This document shows positions 1 to 8,153 of a DNA stretch of 64,000 nt, in pieces. Position numbers and translations under genes: made by a program. The DNA is from Chitinophagaceae bacterium. GTDB taxonomy: Bacteria; Bacteroidota; Bacteroidia; Chitinophagales; UBA10324. The notes beneath the pieces were generated by a model. It was not told the DNA's origin. It saw only the letters and a list, made by a program, of their open reading frames with translations, and ran no database searches. The stretch's first letter is position 1; every line of letters starts with the position of its first letter. Location: the NCBI GenBank assembly GCA_016717285.1, contig JADKFU010000005.1, positions 1,031,319-1,095,318 on the forward strand, written 5' to 3'.

Positions 1-520
1 CTTTATCGTTGCGTAAGCCGTTCCACTGCACATAAGTCATAAAGATTTCACCCACCAACCAAATGCCCAAGAAACTGAAAATGGTTTTGAAGTTGAAGCC
101 GTTGCTTTTTTTCTTCGGCTCCGGCTTCTTTGTTTTCTCCTTCGCTTTTCCGTCCGGTATCACCACGCCACGATTCAACATATCATCCTCAAATTTTCTC
201 AACTCGGATTTTGCTCCACGCAAAGTGAGTTCTTCATCGTCTATCTCCGGTTGATAGTTTGCCGACAACCGTTCACCCTCGTTTGAAAGTTTTCCGGTTG
301 GGTTTTGATACACCAACATTTCCCGTTTGATGTTGGTCTTACGGTTGGTCAGGTGTTCAACTTCGTTGTTGTTTAGCCGTAGCTGCTTGAACTTTTCTCC
401 GTTCAAAATTTCAAGTTGCCCGTTGCACCATTTATATGTGCCATCGGGTTTGCGGTGTGGGATGCTATTAAGGCGAACATCCTTTTGCGCCTGATAATAA
501 TAATGTAGGACTTTTTCCAT
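1..520 (-). CDS. hypothetical protein, 3' end cut by window edge (MEKVLHYYYQAQKDV...; one hydrophobic helix FKTIFSFLGIWLVGEIFMTYV near the cut)
   Basis: Absent from the ORF track because it runs off the window. My translation of the minus strand from ATG 520..518 stays open to position 1 (~173 codons). Track ORF 63..254(+) is antisense to it. Confidence 0.5.
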   Translation of the reverse strand, partial: MEKVLHYYYQAQKDVRLNSIPHRKPDGTYKWCNGQLEILNGEKFKQLRLNNNEVEHLTNRKTNIKREMLVYQNPTGKLSNEGERLSANYQPEIDDEELTLRGAKSELRKFEDDMLNRGVVIPDGKAKEKTKKPEPKKKSNGFNFKTIFSFLGIWLVGEIFMTYVQWNGLRNDK

Positions 521-538
521 GTTGCTAATTTTTATTGG

Positions 539-733
539 TTAGGAATTTTTGTTTGGGTCTGTATCGTTGTAAGCCCACTCAATGTGGTGGTTGATTAAGC
601 CCTTCACAACTTCAATGTTTTCAAGCGAACCGACTATTGGTGGTTGCTCTTGTTGGCCGTTGGGTTGGCTACTGCTTTTCTTTTCCGGTGCAGCGGTGTT
701 TACCGTTTCGTTGAATTTGTTTGTAGGTTTCAT
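539..733 (-). CDS. hypothetical small protein (64 aa)
   Basis: ORF track. It overlaps the upstream ORF by 4 nt and ends 18 nt before the next minus-strand gene. No motif recognised. Confidence 0.35.
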   Translation of the reverse strand: MKPTNKFNETVNTAAPEKKSSSQPNGQQEQPPIVGSLENIEVVKGLINHHIEWAYNDTDPNKNS

Positions 734-918
734 GCGCTGTCAGTTTTGATTTTTTGAGAATTTGTTTTGAATGCGGTGAAAGTTTCTTTTAGCAGTTGAT
801 TTAAATTCAAATGCCGTGCATTTACAATGCGGTAAAAAACAGCAGGGTCAATCATCTTCACCGAAGGCGATTGCTGCTGTTGCTGCGATAAAATTTTGTT
901 TTGTAAAACTGGCTTCAT
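730..918 (-). CDS. hypothetical small protein (62 aa, Q-rich N-terminus)
   Basis: ORF track. First gene of a tight three-gene minus-strand string. No motif recognised. Confidence 0.35.
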   Translation of the reverse strand: MKPVLQNKILSQQQQQSPSVKMIDPAVFYRIVNARHLNLNQLLKETFTAFKTNSQKIKTDSA

Positions 919-1012
919 AATCTTTTTGATTATGAGCCAAAGGTCGGGTTCTTAGAGGAGGAGGGAACTGTAACTCGTATAATCTAAGCGGTGATTTAGC
1001 AGGTTACCCGAA

Positions 1013-1032
1013 AGATTATCTGAGATTATCTG
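1013..1032. repeat. perfect tandem direct repeat AGATTATCTG x2, ~95-115 nt upstream of the 730..918 gene
   Basis: Read directly: aaAGATTATCTGAGATTATCTGctt in the 146-bp gap between 1065 and 918. Confidence 0.6.
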
Positions 1033-1064
1033 CTTAAATATTTGAACCAAAAATGTAAAATCAT

Positions 1065-2483
1065 TTAGCGAAATATTGCTGTGAGTTGTGTTTTTAATGT
1101 GGTCTTTTCAGTAGCATCAATATCAGAAACACTTGACAAAAATCTGTCAAAATTTTTCTTTGATGCTTCTATTAACTCTTTTTCATGTGGTGAAACAGAT
1201 TGCATTACTTTTTCAATAGAATGTTCCTTCGCACTATCATCGTTGTTGCTTACAAGTTCATCTATGAAGTAGTTTGCCCGACACACACTGTAACAGTTTT
1301 TAGTATTACCGTGTGTCTTTCCAATTTCTTTCACCTTGTGTGTAAGAATGGAATGAATTTGCTCAATTGAATATTTGTAGTTGCAATAAAAAATTAAGGT
1401 AGCCATTCTCCCCAATAATCTATTCTTGAAAAGAATTTTTGTTTTGGAATCAGTGTGATTTTCCAGTAAGGCATTAAAACCAAAATTTTTTGACGGCAAA
1501 ATTTTATCAACCTCCTTACGATATTTTGTAATTACTGCTTCAAGATTTGACGGAATACTCGAAGTATAATTCAGTTGTATTAAATGGATAAGAGTAATAG
1601 AGTTTACAAGGGTTATGGCTTTCTCGTATAGCTCTTTGATGGTAGCTTCCGTTTCTTTGCCAAAAAATTCCTGATAATAATATATGAGTTCCTTGTCGTG
1701 TTTGTAAGCATGGTCAGCCCTTACTAATCTATCACCTTGAACTATATTCGGGAGGTATTTTTTATCACCAGCGTAAACACTCATGAGTTGTTGCCTCGTA
1801 GCTGAAATTGCTTTTTCAAGAGTTTCAAAATCCCGTATGTGCCTGTAAACTCTATTCACCCACGGCTGCACCCAAAAAAAGAATTGTGGTTTCAATTCAA
1901 AATTCGTCATGAGCATTGCAGAACCTAAAGTTTCTTTTACAGGCTCATCAGGTGCAGTGAAATCTGGAAGATGATTAAATGCCAAACTATACCAAAAAGA
2001 ATAATGCTCACCGTTACTATTTGCAATTGCTTTCTGCAATTTTTGTAAACGCTCTTTAAGTTTTTCAAAGCCCGATGTATCGGCAAAATCTATGCACTCA
2101 GTAAACCATTCAGGAATATTTTCCTTGTTCGTGTCGTGCAGTATTTTATACCAAAGCGAAACGAGATAGCCCCGCATCTTGTAAGTAGAAATCTTTTTCA
2201 TGTAGTCGCCTTCTTTGTCCTGAACATTAAGAGGCCACCTGAGTTCAGGGTTTCCTTTATTTAAGTTATTGTCAAAATGATTGTAGAGTTTTTCAACTGT
2301 ATTCAGTTTTTTGAAATCAACTTCAATGGTGAGAAAAGTAATTTCATCCTGCGGCTTTGAATTTTTCTTACCCGTAAAACCTGCAACAGGTCTAAGTGAT
2401 ATTTTGATTCCGTTCTTAAACTGGTAGCGTTGGTAATAAGAAACTGGTGTGTGCCACCGTTCAAAATTTTGTATCATCATCAT
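1065..2483 (-). CDS. hypothetical protein, 472 aa, no recognisable catalytic motif
   Basis: Long uninterrupted ORF. Its start overlaps the stop of the 150-aa ORF by about 14-23 nt. I found no Walker A, HExxH, DDE or PD-(D/E)xK signature. Confidence 0.7.
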   Translation of the reverse strand: MMMIQNFERWHTPVSYYQRYQFKNGIKISLRPVAGFTGKKNSKPQDEITFLTIEVDFKKLNTVEKLYNHFDNNLNKGNPELRWPLNVQDKEGDYMKKISTYKMRGYLVSLWYKILHDTNKENIPEWFTECIDFADTSGFEKLKERLQKLQKAIANSNGEHYSFWYSLAFNHLPDFTAPDEPVKETLGSAMLMTNFELKPQFFFWVQPWVNRVYRHIRDFETLEKAISATRQQLMSVYAGDKKYLPNIVQGDRLVRADHAYKHDKELIYYYQEFFGKETEATIKELYEKAITLVNSITLIHLIQLNYTSSIPSNLEAVITKYRKEVDKILPSKNFGFNALLENHTDSKTKILFKNRLLGRMATLIFYCNYKYSIEQIHSILTHKVKEIGKTHGNTKNCYSVCRANYFIDELVSNNDDSAKEHSIEKVMQSVSPHEKELIEASKKNFDRFLSSVSDIDATEKTTLKTQLTAIFR

Positions 2484-2913
2484 GATGCTCCAACAAATGA
2501 TAGTAAAGCAATGCCTGATTCGTAACTACTTCCTTTACCCGTTCTACTTTTTCTTTGCCTGAAATATTAAAAGCAATATCAGAGGGAATAAATTTTTTTT
2601 CAAACTTTACTTTGTGTGTTACCCGTTTTTTGTCCTTGCCTTTCATGGTGAAGCCGGGCAAAAAGGCAATTCGTTTTTTTTTCGTTTGGTCAAAATTTAA
2701 TTCCGATAGTGAAGCGACTTTACTGACTGTTGTTGCCACTTGAATAAGCACTTGCTCAAAAAACATTTCACTATCGTCAGGAACAAAATCTTTGAAGTGT
2801 TCGTGGAGAATCCCGATTACTTTTTCAGAACCCTCACGAAGAATTTCTCGGATATTTTCCTCAACCTCCGGCTTTAATCTTTGTATGTGATACCCTTTAG
2901 CCAGCATATTCAA
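2461..2913 (-). CDS. hypothetical protein, 150 aa
   Basis: ORF track. Its start overlaps the stop of the ABC ATPase gene (2897) and its stop overlaps the start of the 472-aa ORF. Confidence 0.6.
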   Translation of the reverse strand: MNMLAKGYHIQRLKPEVEENIREILREGSEKVIGILHEHFKDFVPDDSEMFFEQVLIQVATTVSKVASLSELNFDQTKKKRIAFLPGFTMKGKDKKRVTHKVKFEKKFIPSDIAFNISGKEKVERVKEVVTNQALLYYHLLEHHDDDTKF

Positions 2914-3625
2914 GGTAGGTTAGAAACTTGGTGAATAATTCCGTTTGCGGCTGCTTCAAAATAGTTTTGTTCCCTTGCTCAACAATTTTTCCTTCGTTCA
3001 AAAAAACAATTTGGTCAGCTATATTGGCTGCAAAGCCAATAAGATGTGTTGCAATTAAAATTCCTGTTCCTTTCTGTGAAAGTTGTTTTACAAAGCGAAG
3101 CAGTTTACCAATGTGCTGAATGTCGAGTGCGCTTGTAATTTCATCAAGCAAAAGATATTTTGGTTTCAACAGCACTGCACGAATAAAAGCGATGCGCTGT
3201 TTTTGTCCAACGCTTATTTGATGCGGAAATCTTTTTAGCAGAGTGTCCACCTCAAAATAATTTGTCAATTCATCAAATTCAGTTTGACTAAAACTGATGC
3301 GCTGCTGTTGCAATGGCATCAGCAAATTGTCTTTTACTTTTAAATGTGGCCATAAATGAAATTGCTGAAATACGACTGACACCAAAGGGTGAATGTGATT
3401 TGGAAAAAATTTTCCGTTCATCGGAAAATTAAAGTGCCTTTCATCAATAATAATTTTACCTGTGTCAGGTTTTTCGAGTAATGAAAGATTGCGTAGGAGT
3501 GTGCTTTTGCCACCTCAACTTGGTCCTACAAGTGCAACTACATGTCCTGGAGTGACAACAATATCAATCTCCGAAAGAATTTTTCTTCCGGCAATAGATT
3601 TTGATATGTTGATGGCTTGTAGCAT
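2897..3625 (-). pseudogene. amino-acid-type ABC transporter ATP-binding protein with an in-frame TGA inside the Walker A motif
   Basis: Track ORFs 3515..3700 and 2897..3421 are one reading frame: ...VVALVGPS-TGA-GGKSTLLRNLSLLEKPDTGK...ISVGQKQRIAFIRAVLLKPKYLLLDEITSALD. The TGA lies at 3517..3515. The likely start is MLQAINIS at 3625. Confidence 0.8.
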
Positions 3626-3630
3626 TGTTT

Positions 3631-4296
3631 TTATACTTCGGAGAAACTCCATTTTAATCGTGACTTTAGCCAGAACGCCAAAATATTCAGCACTGCACAA
3701 ACACCGATAAAGAATATTGCAAGTGCAGTGTAAATCTGCACGGGCTGATAAATGTCGCTGTTGATTTGCTGTGCTACTCTGAAAATTTCATTCAGTCCAA
3801 TCATACTGGTGAACAGTGTTGCTTGCAACACTGTAACCATTGCAAACAATAAATTGGGAAGCATCTGCCGGAATATCATAGGCAGTTGAATTTTTATCAC
3901 GATTTGCTTAGTCGTTAATCCACATGCTCTTGCTGAAAGCAAGTATTGAGTTGGGAAATCATTGAGTGCATGTCGCACTTGCTCCGAAACAATTACCGTC
4001 ATTACAACACTAAGAGCAATAGCGGAAGTAATGAAAGGGTCAACTACAATTTGCAACATGAATTGCAAGGGATAGTGCAACCAAAAAAGAAAAACTAAAA
4101 TGGGTGTTGAAGAAATAATGAGTGAAAAAACGAAGCCCGGAATACCCGCAACGATTTTCCATTTGTGTCTTGCAATCCCAATGAGTGAACCCAAGATAAT
4201 TCCAATGGGATACACAAAGCCGCAAAGCTGAAGTGTAACCTTCAGCCCTGACCAAAGCTCTTTGTGATAATTTGAAAGTATCTCGTAAACACTCAT
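3631..4296 (-). CDS. amino acid ABC transporter permease (His/Glu/Gln/Arg/opine-type)
   Basis: 221-aa polytopic membrane protein. It sits between the substrate-binding and ATPase genes of the operon. Confidence 0.8.
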   Translation of the reverse strand: MSVYEILSNYHKELWSGLKVTLQLCGFVYPIGIILGSLIGIARHKWKIVAGIPGFVFSLIISSTPILVFLFWLHYPLQFMLQIVVDPFITSAIALSVVMTVIVSEQVRHALNDFPTQYLLSARACGLTTKQIVIKIQLPMIFRQMLPNLLFAMVTVLQATLFTSMIGLNEIFRVAQQINSDIYQPVQIYTALAIFFIGVCAVLNILAFWLKSRLKWSFSEV

Positions 4297-4300
4297 GTCA

Positions 4301-5182
4301 TTATTTTATAGCGTAAGGTTTCTGCACTCGCAAGAAACTGTTCGGAAATTTTTCATACTTACTGAGCAGGTCATCCACATAACCGTTGTTAATCAGATTT
4401 TGAAACTCTGTGTTAAGCATATGTTCAAATTCGGGTTGACTGCGTTTGAACATGTAACTGTTGCCAAACATGTAAAGCGGTTTGGTGGCAGAAATATTTT
4501 TCACTTTGTAACCATTGCTCTGAATGAACTTGCTTGCCTGAAACGGCTCCATCAAAAGAAAGTCAGCTTTATTATTTACGACATCAAGGAATGAAGTTCC
4601 GAAATCAGTATTTTCAGGTAATGAAACTGCCGTTGCCTTTGGAAAACGGTTCTTGCGGATTACATCACCAGTGCCACCGTCAACAACTGAAATTTTATAT
4701 CGAGGGTCATTTAATACGCTCCAATCAGAAACATTATCGAAACGCTTTTCATCGTTGCGAACATAAATATCAATTGGACTAAAGTAAAGCGGTATTGTGA
4801 GTGTAGTCAGTTTTGCTCTCTTAGGATTTGACCAAACAGAACTGCCTATCATATCGTAACGGTCATTTTCCAAACCTTGAATTTGTGTTTCCCATCCAAC
4901 TTCTTCCACCCACTGAACTTTTAATCCTAAATCGCTTGCTGCTTTTTCAAGCGTTTGAACAAATACTCCGACTAATTTACCAGAACTGTCTTTCATACAG
5001 CCCGGAGGGTAAATAGTGTAACCGCAACGGATAACAGAATCTTTTACGACACGGTCGTAAACCGATAGATTGCTTTGTGATTGCACAATGGGCTTGCCTC
5101 CATTGGTGCAACCTGTAAACAGGTATAGCATTGCCAACACAAGTGCAGCAAAGCTGATGAACGGTGCTTTTTGTTTTTTCAT
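4301..5182 (-). CDS. ABC transporter substrate-binding lipoprotein (family 3 solute-binding protein)
   Basis: Signal peptide with a lipobox-like LFTGC, a type-2 periplasmic binding protein-like sequence, and operon context. Confidence 0.8.
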   Translation of the reverse strand: MKKQKAPFISFAALVLAMLYLFTGCTNGGKPIVQSQSNLSVYDRVVKDSVIRCGYTIYPPGCMKDSSGKLVGVFVQTLEKAASDLGLKVQWVEEVGWETQIQGLENDRYDMIGSSVWSNPKRAKLTTLTIPLYFSPIDIYVRNDEKRFDNVSDWSVLNDPRYKISVVDGGTGDVIRKNRFPKATAVSLPENTDFGTSFLDVVNNKADFLLMEPFQASKFIQSNGYKVKNISATKPLYMFGNSYMFKRSQPEFEHMLNTEFQNLINNGYVDDLLSKYEKFPNSFLRVQKPYAIK

Positions 5183-5987
5183 TTTAATTTTTTTTTTGAT
5201 TTTAATTGAATGTGATTAAGTATTGTGTCGAGAAATTTTTTTCTTGCGGTAAGTGCATCTAAAGCTGCTTCCAATGCTTCCGTTAGTTGTTGCTTGTCAT
5301 TGCCAACTACCATCTTAAACAATTTCACACTTAAAGGCCCGTGGCTGTCTGAATCAACCTCAATGTGTCGCTTTAAATACCAGTGAAAGGTGGAAAGGTT
5401 GTTTTGCAGATTTATGTTTTCAAGAAATGTGGTGAACATGCCGGGTATTATTCCCTCACGGCTTAAACAAAAAACGGAAACGGCTTTTGGTAAATCTGAC
5501 TTTGCATGTTTCAAAGTGTTTCTCACAAACTCCAATGCTGCATCAGGTATTCCTGTATTTACAACTGCTGCATCAAAACTTTTTTTTGCTTTCAAGTTAG
5601 AAATGAAAATTTCAATAGGTTTTGTATCTGCTCCTGCTTGTTTCATTCCTTTCAAATAAGTTTCAAAATGACTGCAATGACCAGAACCGGAATCAGTAAT
5701 GTCGGTTTCTTCTGTTAAAAGAATCTCATAGATGTATGCGCCCTATCCTTCCGTCTTGTGGTGGAACCCATTCAACATCGGCAACTAACAAACCTTGTTC
5801 AAGCGATTTTAATAGTGCCATAAAATCCCACACGCACCATACCTGAAACTGCATATAGATTTTTTATGTCTTCAATTGTTTTTACAGTGCTGTAAAGCGG
5901 ATGCTGCTGCAATTCGATTGTTACCTTTCTAATCTGTTCGGATAGACCTGACTTTTCGAGTTCAAGGTCGTCAAGAAATAATTTCAT
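5179..5987 (-). pseudogene. DUF3050-family (heme-oxygenase-like fold) gene broken by two frameshifts
   Basis: Three frames join into one DUF3050-like protein. The segments are ...HPLYSTVKTIEDIK / IYMQFQVWCVWDFMALLKSLEQG...WVPPQDGRIGR / IYEILLTEETD...SHFETYLKGMKQAGADT...YLKRHIEVDSDSHGP. Shift 1 is in the T6 run at 5860-5865; shift 2 is near 5737-5745. Confidence 0.7.
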
Positions 5988-6193
5988 TCTAACTCAGTTT
6001 TATTTTAATCATGACCGCAAAGGTAAAAGTCGGCTGCGTTGAACTGCGTTATCTTGGGTTATTTATGAGAGTAGGATTTGGATAACTGAATTGCGGATTT
6101 AATAGAGCGTGGGAGAAAACACTCTTGTGTCTCGTCCTGAAAAAAGTTTACAGTTTTTAAAATTAATCCTGCTATTCATTTACAAATTTATTG

Positions 6194-7114
6194 TTAGTCC
6201 TGATATGAGTTTACAGTTGGTTTTTTATTTGGGTAATAATTCTTCCACAATCTCTGTACATCAATTGGCTCTGTTGCATGATGAACTGCATCAGGAGTGT
6301 AGTTACTGATGCTCATGTGAGGTCGTTTGCTGTTGTAAAGTTTAATTGCTTTGTGCAAGTAAGCAATTGCTTCTTTCACTGTTTTGATTTGCTGTGTATC
6401 TAAATATTCTTCTTTTAAAATTCCATTTACTCTTTCCGCAACAGCGTTCTCTAATGGGTCACCTGATTCAGTCATACTGATTTGAATGCTGCTGTCAAGC
6501 AATAATTTTACATACGCACCACTGCAATACTGAAGCCCTCTGTCGCTGTGATGGATAAGATTCAAATGGCTCTCTGCCCCCAAGGCAGAGAGAGCCATTT
6601 GCAATGCCTTGATGCTTTCTATTGCTTCTAATGATTCGGCAAGGTTATACCCGACAATGCGGTGTGAATAGGCATCTGTAATAAAAGTGATGTAAACCGT
6701 CATGTTGTTCACTTTCCAGTAAGTAATATCGCTTACCCAAAGTTGATTTGGAGCAGTGAGGATAAAGCCCCGGATGAGGTTCGGATATTTCCGTAACCAG
6801 TGATTGGAAAATGTGGTCCGTATGTTTCTTCTCCGTCTGCGTATGAGCATTTGATGGGCGGACAGGAGGTCAAACAATTTATCTCTACCGATTTTTATCT
6901 GATGTTCCATCATCACCGGTGTAAGCATTTGGTAGAGCTTTCGTGTTCCGATTCTCTTGTGGTCTTTACGGATGTGCTGCACTTCTTTGAGCAGCACTTC
7001 TGTTTCAATGCCCACTTCCATTTCCTTCCACATTTCCTGGTAATATGCCTGTCTGGTGATACCAAACCATCCACATAATCTGGCAAGTCCTATGTGTGAA
7101 AAATTGGTTTTCAT
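6194..7114 (-). CDS. IS3-family transposase OrfB (DDE integrase core)
   Basis: Typical IS3 OrfB sequence: ...WVSDITYW...ITFITDAYSHRIVGY...HHSDRGLQYCS...ENAVAERVNGILKEE... Confidence 0.9.
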   Translation of the reverse strand: MKTNFSHIGLARLCGWFGITRQAYYQEMWKEMEVGIETEVLLKEVQHIRKDHKRIGTRKLYQMLTPVMMEHQIKIGRDKLFDLLSAHQMLIRRRRRNIRTTFSNHWLRKYPNLIRGFILTAPNQLWVSDITYWKVNNMTVYITFITDAYSHRIVGYNLAESLEAIESIKALQMALSALGAESHLNLIHHSDRGLQYCSGAYVKLLLDSSIQISMTESGDPLENAVAERVNGILKEEYLDTQQIKTVKEAIAYLHKAIKLYNSKRPHMSISNYTPDAVHHATEPIDVQRLWKNYYPNKKPTVNSYQD

Positions 7115-7560
7115 TTCCCTAATGGTTTGGTATTGAACTTTTTTTTAATCGGAATATTGAATTCTTTTTCAGCAATGTCAACCATTGTAGCGTAAGCAAT
7201 AGCTTTCATCTCGGCATCTTTCAATTGTTTCTCTAATTCAGCAACACGCTTCTTTAATTGTAAAACTTCAAACGGTTCTCCTTCCGGCTTTTTCTTGCTA
7301 GCCATGCCTGTAGATTTTATTTCAAATCTACGAATGCTTCTTTTGCTCACGAATTGCTTATGCTCAATCTTGCCTACATAACCCAGCTTTCGCATCCATC
7401 GCAGCACTTGCCCTCTTTCTTCAACTTCACCGGTGTAGAGCATCCAAGTGTATTGTTTGGTCCAATTGTTTTTGAGCATCTCCCGGATAATGGCATTACG
7501 CTCCGTTTCTGAATAGTGCTTCCCTCTTTTTTGAATGATTTTTCTTTTTTGCTTGTCCAT
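7111..7560 (-). CDS. IS3-family transposase OrfA (HTH plus coiled coil)
   Basis: 149-aa ORF immediately upstream of OrfB with an ATGA stop/start overlap. OrfB is in the -1 frame relative to OrfA. Confidence 0.85.
   Translation of the reverse strand: MDKQKRKIIQKRGKHYSETERNAIIREMLKNNWTKQYTWMLYTGEVEERGQVLRWMRKLGYVGKIEHKQFVSKRSIRRFEIKSTGMASKKKPEGEPFEVLQLKKRVAELEKQLKDAEMKAIAYATMVDIAEKEFNIPIKKKFNTKPLGK
7139..7146 (-). promoter_or_regulatory. probable programmed -1 ribosomal frameshift site (A8 run then G, contains A AAA AAG) producing an OrfAB fusion
   Basis: On the minus strand ATT AAA AAA AAG TTC lies near the orfA end. The orfB frame opens exactly here, with a TAA immediately upstream in that frame. 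This is the classical IS3 arrangement. Confidence 0.55.
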
Positions 7561-7704
7561 TTTTTACACTGTTTTAGTGTAAACCTATTTCAGGACAAGT
7601 CAAATTAAAAAATTTGTGCGTTGGCAAAAAAAATTAAAAAACGAATCGTTGGCTGGTCGGGTTGGTGGTCAGTCTGTCTGTAATTGTGTCCAAAATTGTT
7701 CGTT

Positions 7705-7929
7705 TCATGTCTGTTCGTTTACTGTTAGCACTGTCCTCTTAGGGTTTCCGGTAAGGTTTGTGGGTTTAAGAAGTTGGCGATTTCGGACCCGTAAACTGTC
7801 TGTTACCACAAATGTTTCATTGGAAAACTGAACTTCCTGTAACCACTGAACCGCCAATTTCTTAAACCCGCTGTTGTGTGCATGTGCTTCTCCCTCTGCG
7901 AATATTTGTATGTCAAGGTTTGTATTCAT
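7705..7929 (-). CDS. hypothetical 74-aa ORF, possibly a gene remnant next to the IS
   Basis: ORF track only. No motif recognised. Confidence 0.25.
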   Translation of the reverse strand: MNTNLDIQIFAEGEAHAHNSGFKKLAVQWLQEVQFSNETFVVTDSLRVRNRQLLKPTNLTGNPKRTVLTVNEQT

Positions 7930-8017
7930 TACTTTTTCTTTTTATTAGTGTCTGTATATTTCTCCTTGAAAATAAATCCCCTTATGTTTTCTTTGAAACG
8001 AATAATTGTGTCATCAT

Positions 8018-8119
8018 TTAACAAGATTTGCACAAAGTCTGTGTTCTGTCCCAGTCCTAATGAACTGAAATTTCTGAACCACAATCTTGGCAGTCGACGG
8101 TATACCACTTTGAAGACAT
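8018..8119 (-). other. 33-codon CxxC...CxxC zinc-ribbon-like micro-ORF interrupted by an in-frame TAG
   Basis: Minus-strand translation gives MSSKWYTVDCQDCGSEISVH-TAG-DWDRTQTLCKSC-TAA. The TAG is at 8059..8057. It starts 35 nt downstream of the ABC ATPase stop. Confidence 0.25.
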
Positions 8120-8153
8120 TTGATAATTTTTTAAAATCCGTATTTCATTTTAT

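Larger units (their letters stand above)
6128..7602 (-). mobile_element. IS3-family insertion sequence (~1.47 kb), apparently intact
   Basis: orfA and orfB are present. Imperfect terminal inverted repeats TGTCTCGTCCTGAAAAAAGTTTA (6128-6150) and TAAACCTATTTCAGGACAAGTCA (7580-7602) match at 19/23. The ends are TG...CA. I saw no clear target-site duplication. Confidence 0.85.

Noticed and set aside
63-254. Plus-strand 63-aa ORF at the left edge
   Set aside because: It is antisense to a longer minus-strand frame (520..1) that is open across the whole region and has a plausible start. The plus ORF is Phe- and Ser-rich low-complexity sequence.
3515-3517. Alternative genetic code (TGA read as Gly) to explain the in-frame TGA in Walker A
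   Set aside because: TGA is used as a genuine terminator by several well-supported genes in the window, and nearly all long genes are intact under the standard code.
3631-3700. 70-nt overlap between the permease and ATPase genes implied by the ORF track
   Set aside because: The ATPase most likely starts at the internal MLQAINIS methionine (3625), 5 nt after the permease stop. The upstream extension (MCSAEYFG...) is not part of ABC ATPase N-termini.
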